The position numbers and the translations under genes are program-made. This document shows positions 20,131 through 29,995 of a DNA stretch of 64,000 nucleotides, piece by piece. How positions within the stretch are numbered: the first letter of the stretch is position 1; every line of letters begins with the position of its first letter. A model generated the notes under the pieces. The model worked only from the letters and a program-made list of their open reading frames with translations, was not told the DNA's origin and did not search any database. This DNA is from a virus (Duplodnaviria > Caudoviricetes): IMG/VR virus record IMGVR_UViG_3300025011_000040, positions 2,012-66,011 of that record; one strand, given 5' to 3'.

Positions 20131-23100
20131 AGCCGGTTCTCCCTGTGCTTCACTACTACGTAATCGTCAGTCATCAAAAACTCTCCGTGAATTGAGGGAA
20201 GCTGCGGAACAAAATTACCAATAATGCCATATGCCGCCATAGCACTCGAGGATATGATCGGAGCGCCTGCCCTGACCGCCGCGCTTATCTGTATCGGGTT
20301 ATTGACTGTCGCGTTGATAACGACCCTTGCGGAGTCTATCTTGACAACCATGCCCTCAACCTCTGAAGCATATGAGAAGATCATCGGGCGCTTACTCTCG
20401 AAATTGGCAGCGATGTACGCCCCGCCGACCGCCAGGCCTTGCACCTTGGCAACCTTTGGCTCTATCGAGGCATTGATCCGTTCTGGATTCGAGAATAAAG
20501 AATTGATCGTTGGCACCTTGATGACGCTGCCCCCCCATGCCGCTGTAGGATTAACCGCCACGCCGCTGATTACAGGGACTGGTGCATGGATATTGGTAAG
20601 CGTCCGAAACGTGCTGTTCAGGTGCGGATGGACTGCCTTGATGCTACCATTGATGGCAATCGGACACGATACCAGCGCTGAGATAACCGGCAGGCTTGTC
20701 GCAATGTCCGTCATGAAATAGACACGCAGGGCATACGAGCCAACGGAAGGCACAGGCGCTACCGGACCACCGTTTATTACTGCGCCATCAGCAGAGAATA
20801 TCTCAGGGAGAGGTGCGACTATCTCCACATTGGCATATCTGAAGAAATGCGTGATAGAGGCAAAGCCTGGTAGAGGTGCGTCGATATCGACATTCACGGT
20901 TTCGGTATACCGCGTAATGGCGTTTATTTCAGGGACAGGCGCGGCCACATTGCCTTGATTGATGCTTCCCCATCCGAAATAAGACTGCATCTCCACTATC
21001 GGAGGTCGGATGCTGCCACCTATCGGTATTGCGGTTTCTTCCTCAATGCTGGTATAGAGGGAAAAATCAACGTCCATCCCGGAGAAGGTGGCAACCCCTG
21101 TGGTCGCAACGTTAATCCAGTTGTCGTCTACATCCGTGGATGTCCCCCCAATGATGTGGATTTTCTCGTCAGTAAGGAATACCGTGGGATTATGAACCTT
21201 TTCGGGCAGATATCCTCTGAAGTCAGCAGTCCCGTCGCTGATAACTCCACCAGTAATATCTCTTGAATGAATTTCATCAACACTGAAATTGCCTGCTATT
21301 CCTCCAATCATGAACAGTCTGGCAGCAGAGCAAACAAAAGCGGCAGATGGACGACCATACCAAGATTCTGCTGTCCACGGCTCGATAACCACGCCTTCGT
21401 CACTGACACTCACAACATCGGTATTCAGCGGGTCCGCGAGTGTGCCGCCACCTATCAGGTAGAGTAAATTGCCCGTGCAGACGCTAAAGCACCTGTCGCG
21501 CGCATTCGGCATATTCCCGGCGAACTCCCAAGTTCCAATAGTGCCGTCATAATTTATTGGTGCATACTCGTAGGTGTTTGTGACAATCCCGCCGACCAGC
21601 GCATCCATGAAACCACCGAAAGCATAGACACGGTTCCGTGTGACAGACAAGGCAAAATCTGCTCTGGTGGACACCATCGGGTAAGTATTCGTCCAAGCTC
21701 CCAAAGTGCCATCAGGATTAATTGGTGCGGTCAAGACAGTGTTTGTTGGCTCTCCATACTCATAACCGCCTACAAGGAAAACTCTCTTGTAAGTTTCAAA
21801 TAGCTGTCCTCCGGCGCGCGCCACAGTCAGCCCAGTTGTAGTAGACCATACACCTACTGTTCCATCGCTGTTGCGTGATGCGTAGTATGTATCTGTCCCA
21901 CCTATGACATACGCGAATTCATCTGTAACCAGAGACATCCTGCGCGAAATCGCAATAGGGAAGTCATCTACCTGAACGACCGTCCCTATATTAGTTGGGT
22001 TTGTCGTGTTGAAATTATACTGATTTATCCACGGCTGACCATTGATATAAGTCTTGGCTGGTGGATGGTTCCAGACTACCGCTGAAATATTCGGAGAAAG
22101 TGCTTTAAAGCTGGCCGATGTTGTGTCCTCAACCTCTGTCGGCGCAGTATCAGGTGTGAACTCGCCGCCCCACCGTGAGTACGGAGATACCCGGAGTTCT
22201 TCAATCAGGCAGTTGTTGTTACCGATATTGAGGATTCTGCCGTCATAATTAGTAGTGTCTATTACTTCGTAAAGCACTGCACCATCACGGCATATTCGCG
22301 TTACTCCTTCTCGCCGGTCAATGGCAATATGATACCAAGTCCACTCGGATGTCCACCACATTGCCGGGTTCATGTCGTGATAACCGACAGGACCAGAAGA
22401 CATTCCGCTAAACGTCAGCCAGAACTCGCTTGAACTGCTGACGCGTTCTAGATTTATTGCTGGAACATTTAGCCCTGTTGGGCTCCCAGAAAACCAGAAT
22501 ATTTGTCCTTCTGTGGCCGGGTAAATCTGATAAAACCAGAAATCTACCGTGAAATCGTCTGTGCCAAAAGCAAAGTCGTCCGTCTCGTCAGTATACAGCA
22601 CCCCATCGGAAGGTCCGTAAAATGACGATGTGAGCATGATGCATGAATCCCCAAAGTACGGGGTAGTGCCTATCGGATCGGTTACGTGCCGCACATCACC
22701 GGTTGCGTAGACTGGCAGGTTTTTCGCTGCATCAAAGAAATCTTTGTCTCCATCAGGATGCTCTGATTGAACAAGGAAGATGAACGGAACTGGCGCGGAG
22801 TTGAGCGTTACGCCTGATATTGCTGGAACTGCCGTTACAAAATCAATATCTACATCCGCCGATTCAGGTGCGTTGTCATTCTGGGTAATACCTGATATTT
22901 CCGCAGTGGTAACAAAATCGACATTAATGTCAATCCCGTCAGCCATATAGTCATAAACTATCTGAGGGTCTTCCGTATCGACTGCAACATGCTGTGGAAA
23001 CTCAACCGTTCCTGTGAGATCAAAGCCTCCAGTTATTGTTCCATTATAGGTCGTGTTCGCCCACTGATTCGGGCAGACTCTTATAACTACATTTTTGGCT

Positions 23101-24557
23101 CCTATGTTTGTAGAGGTGCCCGAGTTATGACTGTTGTTTATTACTATCTTATCAAAATCTACATGCCCTTTAAGAAAATTACATATCAGGCGCTGGCTGG
23201 TGACGATAGAATTTGAGTACCATTCGGTACTTGTGATGTCGCCGGTCTTTGAATTGCTGGTAAAGGCGTAGATAGCAGTCAGCCCTGCTCCTGCATCAGA
23301 TGTGGCAAACGCAGAAACTTCAGCAGTCGTGTCCAACTCAAGACGAACATCATTCTTGTAAAACTCTACTGACCGCAGCCCAATGTACGCACCGCCCCAA
23401 TTGTCTGCTATGTCAAATATTACTGACTGGTATCCGATCGTTGGTGTTGCCCCGTAGACAGTCTGGTCATACCCTACATTGTCTGCCGGATGTGCATCAA
23501 GCACTCCCTCAAACAGAACTGTGCCGTCAGTTACGGTCGCATTGTATGCCGTGTTTGTGACGTTTGCAGGAGCTATTGTTATCTTTACATTCTTCGCCCC
23601 TGCATCCCATCCTGTGCCGGTATCATGTGAATTATTGATTACTATCCGGTCGAAGATGAATGCGTTAGAGGTGTTAAGGATGAGCCGTTGGTTTGTTATT
23701 TGGTAAAGAGCGCTGTACCACTGGTTGAAGTTTGGTGTTCCTAGTTTTGACAGCGAGGTATTGAAAGCGAACGAGGAATAGTTTGTATCTCCAGATAGCG
23801 TTGTGGTAGCTAACCCCCAAAATCCAGAAGTCATAGCGACCTTGGCACCAGCAAGATAAAAATCTACCTGCCTGATTCCCATAACATTCGCGTTCCCGTA
23901 GCTATCTGCGATGTCTATCACTACAGCCTTGGCGGAAACTGATTCGGACAATACAGAAGAAGAAACGGATGGGGACAGGGCTTGGAAATCGCCGTCTACC
24001 TGCGCAGGTTGGTAGTTGACACAGACTGAATCAATGACAGAAACAGGGGCAATAAAATCACCGATATTACCCCCGGTAAATCCAGATATTCCTTTAATAG
24101 CAACAATATAAGAGGTATCTGTCATTGATGGAGCTGTTGTAGCAGCAACAGCCGCATCATCTCCTATGGCAAAAGCAGCAGTTTTCCCCGTTGAAGCATC
24201 GTATGAGATGGGAGATGTCGCGCATCGAAGCGATACGATTATATCCTTTGTTGAATCGACCACGAACGTGACTTCATCAGAAAGCAAATCTGTGTTTGCT
24301 GCTACCGTTCCTCCAGGATTACCCCCAAAAAGAACTTGAACTTGGTTCCCAGTGAAATTCAGCGTAGCCCCGTCTCTATTCCCAATCCACATGGACGAGA
24401 ACGACCAAGACGAGGCTACTGCATCGACCAAGATCTTTACGCTGGCTGCATCGTTCTGAACCTGCTCGGCGGGGATGACAACTCGCCAATGTCTATTGGT
24501 GTTTGCTGCCCCGGTATTCGCAAGGTTTATTTCAGAGACTACAACGACTTCTGCCAT
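20118..24557 (-). CDS. Multidomain tail/receptor-binding protein (duplicated domain, LamG-like, Kelch-like)
   Basis: Two copies of DIADxxG..G(I/L)RxV(D/E)FY..FDxIVINNSH..GAKNV; FAFGTDDFTVDFWFY..WYHIAI..IEELRVS (LamG-like); repeated (Y/F)xxGG..DGTxGxW (Kelch-like). Confidence 0.75.
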   Translation of the reverse strand: MAEVVVVSEINLANTGAANTNRHWRVVIPAEQVQNDAASVKILVDAVASSWSFSSMWIGNRDGATLNFTGNQVQVLFGGNPGGTVAANTDLLSDEVTFVVDSTKDIIVSLRCATSPISYDASTGKTAAFAIGDDAAVAATTAPSMTDTSYIVAIKGISGFTGGNIGDFIAPVSVIDSVCVNYQPAQVDGDFQALSPSVSSSVLSESVSAKAVVIDIADSYGNANVMGIRQVDFYLAGAKVAMTSGFWGLATTTLSGDTNYSSFAFNTSLSKLGTPNFNQWYSALYQITNQRLILNTSNAFIFDRIVINNSHDTGTGWDAGAKNVKITIAPANVTNTAYNATVTDGTVLFEGVLDAHPADNVGYDQTVYGATPTIGYQSVIFDIADNWGGAYIGLRSVEFYKNDVRLELDTTAEVSAFATSDAGAGLTAIYAFTSNSKTGDITSTEWYSNSIVTSQRLICNFLKGHVDFDKIVINNSHNSGTSTNIGAKNVVIRVCPNQWANTTYNGTITGGFDLTGTVEFPQHVAVDTEDPQIVYDYMADGIDINVDFVTTAEISGITQNDNAPESADVDIDFVTAVPAISGVTLNSAPVPFIFLVQSEHPDGDKDFFDAAKNLPVYATGDVRHVTDPIGTTPYFGDSCIMLTSSFYGPSDGVLYTDETDDFAFGTDDFTVDFWFYQIYPATEGQIFWFSGSPTGLNVPAINLERVSSSSEFWLTFSGMSSGPVGYHDMNPAMWWTSEWTWYHIAIDRREGVTRICRDGAVLYEVIDTTNYDGRILNIGNNNCLIEELRVSPYSRWGGEFTPDTAPTEVEDTTSASFKALSPNISAVVWNHPPAKTYINGQPWINQYNFNTTNPTNIGTVVQVDDFPIAISRRMSLVTDEFAYVIGGTDTYYASRNSDGTVGVWSTTTGLTVARAGGQLFETYKRVFLVGGYEYGEPTNTVLTAPINPDGTLGAWTNTYPMVSTRADFALSVTRNRVYAFGGFMDALVGGIVTNTYEYAPINYDGTIGTWEFAGNMPNARDRCFSVCTGNLLYLIGGGTLADPLNTDVVSVSDEGVVIEPWTAESWYGRPSAAFVCSAARLFMIGGIAGNFSVDEIHSRDITGGVISDGTADFRGYLPEKVHNPTVFLTDEKIHIIGGTSTDVDDNWINVATTGVATFSGMDVDFSLYTSIEEETAIPIGGSIRPPIVEMQSYFGWGSINQGNVAAPVPEINAITRYTETVNVDIDAPLPGFASITHFFRYANVEIVAPLPEIFSADGAVINGGPVAPVPSVGSYALRVYFMTDIATSLPVISALVSCPIAINGSIKAVHPHLNSTFRTLTNIHAPVPVISGVAVNPTAAWGGSVIKVPTINSLFSNPERINASIEPKVAKVQGLAVGGAYIAANFESKRPMIFSYASEVEGMVVKIDSARVVINATVNNPIQISAAVRAGAPIISSSAMAAYGIIGNFVPQLPSIHGEFLMTDDYVVVKHRENRLCRR

Positions 24558-25034
24558 TTACGCCATCGTGGTAGTATAGTTGAATGTCTGAACTACTGCC
24601 GCGACTGCCTCAACTATTGTAGTATTGCTCATCTGCATCTCATAGGTTGAAGATGTTCCGATAGCTCCGTCCACCCGAATTGCGGTCGTGCTTGCACCGG
24701 TAACATAATCGTTGTCATACCATCTGAAGTATGTTGCAACAGTCCCTGCCCCTGCTGCGGCAAGCCCGACTCCTGACCATGTTTCCGCCGCAGCCTTGGC
24801 CAGTACGCCAGCAGTTGACGTACCCATGTTCAGGCCATTCGTCGCTACGCCTGCCGTGAACGCTCCGCTACTCAGCGTAAGGAGCATGAGCAACGTGCCA
24901 GTTTCAATAGCATCTGCGGTGGCTGGCTGTGATGCCCCGCCGTAGATGCCGATGACGCCATTTGCCATGATGTCTTTGACGCACCCAACCGTGTTCAGTG
25001 CGTTTGCAAACCCTGTACTCAATCTCTCTGCCAT
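24558..25034 (-). CDS. Conserved small virion structural protein
   Basis: MAERLSTGFANAL..IGIYGG.QPATADA.ETGTLL..ATYFR..RVDGAIGTS, a pattern recalled from phage virion proteins. Confidence 0.7.
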   Translation of the reverse strand: MAERLSTGFANALNTVGCVKDIMANGVIGIYGGASQPATADAIETGTLLMLLTLSSGAFTAGVATNGLNMGTSTAGVLAKAAAETWSGVGLAAAGAGTVATYFRWYDNDYVTGASTTAIRVDGAIGTSSTYEMQMSNTTIVEAVAAVVQTFNYTTTMA

Positions 25035-25130
25035 ATCAAACCTCTATCATTGTTCCGCGATAGCCGAGGCCGGGGCGGATAATAAAGGTTTTCCTGGGTC
25101 AGATGAGGTGGGAAAACTTATTTATATAAA

Positions 25131-25319
25131 CTACTCGATGAAAAGAACCTTTCTTCCTTCAGCCATAGGGGATTCGACCGGAAATAGTTTGCCGTCGTTT
25201 TCATCACCAATGTTATAAAGGCGCTGCTGTCCATCATAAGGCCAGCAATATACTTCTAAGTCTCCATGCTTTTCTTTTACTTCGTTAAGCATCTCGATAA
25301 ATTTGCTTATCTTCATCAC
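25131..25319 (-). CDS. Small hypothetical phage protein
   Basis: MKISKFIEMLNEVKEKHGDLEV resembles a common small phage protein N-terminus. Confidence 0.5.
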   Translation of the reverse strand: MMKISKFIEMLNEVKEKHGDLEVYCWPYDGQQRLYNIGDENDGKLFPVESPMAEGRKVLFIE

Positions 25320-25431
25320 TTATCGTCCTTGTCTTTAAGCGAACTCGGCTTCCCCATTGCTTCCTCAAGCAGCTTGACGAGGTGTTTGGCTACTCTGAGG
25401 ATTATCAGGGCTAGGGTGGTTGTCGTCATGG

Positions 25432-25737
25432 TCATCTCGTCGTAAATTTGCTGATGGTTATATTATCGCCAGTAGCGACAAAACAATTTGATACGTTCAT
25501 CTCGCACCCCGAATATCCAACAGACACTATTTTTGCGAAGTCTTTTGTTACACACACCCCCCACTCTATCGCGCCTGCTCGGTTGGCCGGTGCGCTCCCA
25601 TATCCATTGATGATATCTATCTTGGCAATATGCGCGATCAACCAACTGCTCTCTATTGCCTCAATCAGATTATCTGGTCGCTTGCCGTCCATGAGATAGA
25701 CAACGGCATCTCGGTCTTTATTAGACGCTGATGTCAT
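25432..25737 (-). CDS. Divergent paralog of the 24558..25034 virion protein
   Basis: AVVYLMDGKRPDNLIEAIESSWLI and VGYSGCEMNVSNCFVATGDNITISKFT align by eye with GVIGIYGGASQPATADAIETGTLL and IGTSSTYEMQMSNTTIVEAVAAVVQTFN. Confidence 0.55.
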   Translation of the reverse strand: MTSASNKDRDAVVYLMDGKRPDNLIEAIESSWLIAHIAKIDIINGYGSAPANRAGAIEWGVCVTKDFAKIVSVGYSGCEMNVSNCFVATGDNITISKFTTR

Positions 25738-25744
25738 TGTTTGG

Positions 25745-26005
25745 CTATTCCCCATCCTCGAAATCATCCAAGTATTCTTGCAATATCCTTTCTACCTCTT
25801 CTGCCGTGGTAAGCCCGAGAGAGATAGCTTCTCTAACTGAATCTGGAATTTCGCAATATGCCCCAATAGCAGACCCAAGCGCGTCGTCCCATCCACGCAA
25901 ATCATGGTACCCTCGGTCGTCTTTGTCGAACTCTTCAAAATCATCAGAGAACTCATTGAATGTCGCATATCCCCCGTTCTTTTGAAGTACGTCACACCTT
26001 GCCAT
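25745..26005 (-). CDS. Acidic hypothetical protein
   Basis: ORF packed in the operon with GGAGG upstream. Confidence 0.5.
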   Translation of the reverse strand: MARCDVLQKNGGYATFNEFSDDFEEFDKDDRGYHDLRGWDDALGSAIGAYCEIPDSVREAISLGLTTAEEVERILQEYLDDFEDGE

Positions 26006-26007
26006 AG

Positions 26008-27828
26008 TTATAAAACCTCCATCTCTCTTCGCCTGACTAAAATCCTATCAGTAACGCCCCAATTCTCCGTCACTCTCTCGCCATCCGAAAGACTACTTGC
26101 GATGAAATCACCTGTAGCAATCGTCAAGTCGAACTCAGATGTCACATACATGCTGTAATGGCCTTCTCCTGCCTCTTCCTCTCGGTACGGCACATCGGCC
26201 ATATCGGAGTAGAAAACAAACGTTGACGCGGCTACATTTAGCCTTGCGTGTTGCCCTACAGGCGTAGCGGTGCCGGGGAGTTTCATTGTCACGCTGAACT
26301 CTTCGAGGTCGATTGAGGCCGCGATATGTAAATCTCCGTCGCGAACCTCAAGCCCTCTTGGGAAAACTCCGCTGATTGTTTCGCTGCCGAGCAGGAACGG
26401 AGGGATTGACAGAACTCTCTGCCATGCCGGATCGCCTGTTACGGTATCCATCTGCGCCAGAACCATTCCCATTTGATCGCCACCATTCGGATACCTTGGG
26501 AACAGGACGTATAGCTGACTGCCCCACACGGCTATTTCACCGCTGAAGGCAATAGGGTTTTGCGGGTTCCATTCGCCCGGAGACATCACCTCGACAATGC
26601 GGTGCCATAGAAGATCGCCGTCGCTGTCGAACTTGAAGATATTGAAATGACACAAATCAACTTCCCAGATATGGGCGTGCGCGATAACGTAGAGATTCCC
26701 GGCGGCATCGCAGCAGGCATCGGTGATCTTCACGCCATCGTCGTACCAGTTGACCAACTCGTCATTCTGAACAGTTTCGCCATATACCGACCTTTTCCAT
26801 GTCACTGTACCAGAAGGTGAGAACTTGACTATCAATCCAGCAGGATAGATAAATATCCCTGGAAAATGGTGTCCGACAACGTAGGTGTTCCCGCTTGGAT
26901 CGGTTACTGCTGCCTCGAAATGGGGGCGTTCCTCGACTGTGGCATACGTTCCACCTAATGGTGGGTCTTCGCTCCACCCTCCATCGCCGGGAACTTGCTC
27001 ACCATCGACATACACGCCTGCGGTTTTCTGCCATGCCAGAGAGCCATCAGCATTGTATCTGGCAATGAATGCTCGATAGAGAAAGCACTTCCAATGATAG
27101 AGCCGCCCGACGATGGTGTACTGGTTATTTGTCGGGTCGCTGGTGTCCAGCTTGATCGCATCTCCCCAGCCGAAGACATCCACGTCCTCATCACTCGAAA
27201 GCGTCAGTCTCTTCTGCCATTGCAGCACCCCGGTCCTGTCGTACTTGGCAACACAGCAGTCATAGCAATTCAGCCTCGATGCATTGAGCTTGCTGTACGT
27301 CACATAGAAATCACCGGTCAACGCGTCAAGCTCAACGGCCTGGGCGATGTCGAACTCATCCGAGGCGTTGATCAACTTGCGCCACATCAACCGCCCGTCC
27401 TGGTCATATTTGATAATCGACGGTTCTCCGCTTGCAGGGGTCGTCCCTGTCTTCGCTTGGCCAACAACATAGGTGTTCCCCAGGGAATCGGTCTGGATAT
27501 CCTCAAGGCTGTTTGTTCCGAGAAGGATAGCGCCGTCAAGCGTCGAACTATTAAAGGCATACCAGTAGAAATCCTCGAGGATCTGGAACTTGCGCTGCAC
27601 AGGTTGCTTGACTCCACCAACCGGTTCAACATGAATATTCACCGCGTCGTTGCCCGTCCATGAATGACAGGAAATCACCACGCCCGGGTATGGCCGTTTC
27701 TCCAACTTATTCTGCTGGAGCTTACTTAGCTTCATGCTTCGCTTGAGTTCGCGCATCTGTTCTCTGGCTTCCTTGTAGAACTTCTGCGCGGCGAATTTGT
27801 TGCCGGTGGTAGTGATTTTTAACTCCAT
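26008..27828 (-). CDS. Beta-propeller repeat protein (tail associated)
   Basis: Repeats DxxGNxYVVG..xKYDxxGxLxWx(K/R). Confidence 0.75.
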   Translation of the reverse strand: MELKITTTGNKFAAQKFYKEAREQMRELKRSMKLSKLQQNKLEKRPYPGVVISCHSWTGNDAVNIHVEPVGGVKQPVQRKFQILEDFYWYAFNSSTLDGAILLGTNSLEDIQTDSLGNTYVVGQAKTGTTPASGEPSIIKYDQDGRLMWRKLINASDEFDIAQAVELDALTGDFYVTYSKLNASRLNCYDCCVAKYDRTGVLQWQKRLTLSSDEDVDVFGWGDAIKLDTSDPTNNQYTIVGRLYHWKCFLYRAFIARYNADGSLAWQKTAGVYVDGEQVPGDGGWSEDPPLGGTYATVEERPHFEAAVTDPSGNTYVVGHHFPGIFIYPAGLIVKFSPSGTVTWKRSVYGETVQNDELVNWYDDGVKITDACCDAAGNLYVIAHAHIWEVDLCHFNIFKFDSDGDLLWHRIVEVMSPGEWNPQNPIAFSGEIAVWGSQLYVLFPRYPNGGDQMGMVLAQMDTVTGDPAWQRVLSIPPFLLGSETISGVFPRGLEVRDGDLHIAASIDLEEFSVTMKLPGTATPVGQHARLNVAASTFVFYSDMADVPYREEEAGEGHYSMYVTSEFDLTIATGDFIASSLSDGERVTENWGVTDRILVRRREMEVL

Positions 27829-29690
27829 TAGTCAACAGGGTTGTGCTGGAAATTATGGTCTTCACTGACATTCTGGCTGAAGTGCACGCCTTGGGTAATC
27901 GACTCATTGTGGTCGAACCCTTCGCTTCTGCTCTCACTGCCGGTGTAGCCCATCGAGGCGTTGACGTTGGTCGAACTGGCCATGGAGGCGACAACCTGCG
28001 CGGCAATTGTTGCCATGTCGTTTGACACACGCTCCCTTAATAGAGCTTCGGTCTTGTAGCCTTCGATGGAGTTCTCGATCTTAGCGATGATGGCCCGCAT
28101 CTCAACTTCGGCCTTGGCAATCAGAGCCTTGTTGTTCTCAACTACGACCATCTTGTCAGCGTTCAAAGCTTTGGTTTCTGCCTCGTAACCACGAATCTCA
28201 GCGTCGTACACATTAACTATGGCATCATTGGCCTTCGCCTGTGCGCCGACGAGGGTTTCATACACATCGGCCTGCGCTCCGTAGACCTGGACAAGGCCCT
28301 TGTTATATTCAACAGCCCCTTGAAGCGCGGAAACCTGGGCCTCGATATAGATTTTGGTGGCCTCCATCTCCCCGAGGTATGCCCGGACCTTCTCGGCAAA
28401 CAGCTGGAGAAGATATTGAACCTGAGATTTCTCCTTATCAAGCTTGCGGTTCGATTCTGCATCGCGGGAATCGCGCAGCATCTTCTCGAGGCCTGCAAGC
28501 TGGGTAGTAATGAACTGCTCATTCCGCTGGATCAGTTCGGCCTCAATCTTCCCCTTGTCAAGAGAACGGCCAGACGCTGAATCCCTTGAATCTCTAATAA
28601 GCTTCTCAATGGCTACTGCCTGGGTGGTGATGAATTGAGCATTCCGGTTGGTGAGTTCGGCTTTTAGCTTCTCCTTGTCGAGCAACCTGCCCGATTCACT
28701 GTCCCTGGTATCCCGCAGCATCTTTTCAATCAGAGCAACCTGAGTGATAATGAATTGCGAGTTCTTCTGTGCCAGGTCGGCTTGTTTCTCCATTATGCCG
28801 ATATTGGTATCAGCCGTTTTCCTCTGCCGCTCATTGAGATGTTCTGCCAGTCGTGCGGCAAACGCCCCTGTCGGAAGATCAAAGTCCGTGGCGCTGTAAT
28901 ATTCCTCAATCTCTTGCTGCGCCTTATCGTCTTCGAGCGCCTGCCGCGCCAGTGCTCGGTCAAATATGCCTTGCTCAACTACTGGATCAAGGCCGGTCGC
29001 GCCGGCAACCAAATCAGTAGTCACCCGGGTGATGAGTTGATCGTACAGGTCAGTAGAAAGCAGGATCTCCGACCAGTTGACTTCCCCGGAAGTGATATCA
29101 TTCGTGATGCGGTCGATGAGGAATGTGTAAACATCATTCACCAGCGGGACTTCCGTCCACGATACCACGCCGGATGCCGCTGCATTGGTGATGCGATCAA
29201 CAAGGACATCATAGACATCAGAGGTAAGCGGAATCTCCGACCAATTGATTGTGGTGGTGATACTGGAATCAGGGGGAGTTATTAGAGCAAGGCTGCTTGT
29301 ATCAATCGTCGGCAGTGCAATAGGCACAGGGGCGGTCGCAGTGAATGGCGGGAATGATGTGTCCACTCCGTCAAGGTCTGCAGTCGGAGGCGATACGCCA
29401 GCCGTGGGAGTTGTGGTGTCAATGTCGATTGTCAGCGTCGGCAGATCAGACGGCAAGGCATAGGCCGTGATCAGGCTATTCAGCGTCCCAAGATACCCTG
29501 AGTTCCCGTCAACGCCACTCAGCTTGACAAGATATTCGTCAGTGACCTCCATCGACCGGTCAAACTTCGTGCTGAGCAAGCTATAGGTCGCTGTCGGAGT
29601 GACGGGGGTCGCCGGGGAATGGATAGTGCTGATATCCGATGTGCTTCGTGGGTCAATTGGGGATATCGCGTTTGATTCTGTGAATGCCAT
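27828..29690 (-). CDS. Long helical virion protein with internal repeats
   Basis: 3x W(S/T)E..L..D(V/L)Y..L..R(I/V)T and 3x QFI.TQ...EK..RD.RD..S.R.LDK; Ala/Glu-rich coiled-coil C-half. Confidence 0.65.
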   Translation of the reverse strand: MAFTESNAISPIDPRSTSDISTIHSPATPVTPTATYSLLSTKFDRSMEVTDEYLVKLSGVDGNSGYLGTLNSLITAYALPSDLPTLTIDIDTTTPTAGVSPPTADLDGVDTSFPPFTATAPVPIALPTIDTSSLALITPPDSSITTTINWSEIPLTSDVYDVLVDRITNAAASGVVSWTEVPLVNDVYTFLIDRITNDITSGEVNWSEILLSTDLYDQLITRVTTDLVAGATGLDPVVEQGIFDRALARQALEDDKAQQEIEEYYSATDFDLPTGAFAARLAEHLNERQRKTADTNIGIMEKQADLAQKNSQFIITQVALIEKMLRDTRDSESGRLLDKEKLKAELTNRNAQFITTQAVAIEKLIRDSRDSASGRSLDKGKIEAELIQRNEQFITTQLAGLEKMLRDSRDAESNRKLDKEKSQVQYLLQLFAEKVRAYLGEMEATKIYIEAQVSALQGAVEYNKGLVQVYGAQADVYETLVGAQAKANDAIVNVYDAEIRGYEAETKALNADKMVVVENNKALIAKAEVEMRAIIAKIENSIEGYKTEALLRERVSNDMATIAAQVVASMASSTNVNASMGYTGSESRSEGFDHNESITQGVHFSQNVSEDHNFQHNPVD

Positions 29691-29691
29691 G

Positions 29692-29994
29692 TTATTTCAC
29701 CAGTCTGTTCAGCCTTGCCATTAAGTCATCAAGCTTCTTTATCAGATCATCAGCTTTAGCAATTGCAGCATCAAACTTCAGCGTGACAGCCTCTTGATGG
29801 TCGTAAGCACACGAATGATTTTCTTCGAGAGAAAAATGGCTGGCCATACTGTACTCGCCGGGTGGTACTGCATATGTGACCGCTCCAACCGTTGTTGGCT
29901 GATTCACCGGACAATTGACACAAAACTGCATGGCAATATTGGCCATTTCCCTCGCTATCTTCTTCCTGAACTTCTTTGAGTATTTGATCGCCAT
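29692..29994 (-). CDS. Small protein resembling both termini of the adjacent 620-aa protein
   Basis: EMANIAMQ vs DMATIAAQ; HFSLEENH vs HFSQNVSEDH; LKFD..DDLIKKL vs TKFD..DEYLVKL. Confidence 0.5.
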   Translation of the reverse strand: MAIKYSKKFRKKIAREMANIAMQFCVNCPVNQPTTVGAVTYAVPPGEYSMASHFSLEENHSCAYDHQEAVTLKFDAAIAKADDLIKKLDDLMARLNRLVK

Positions 29995-29995
29995 A

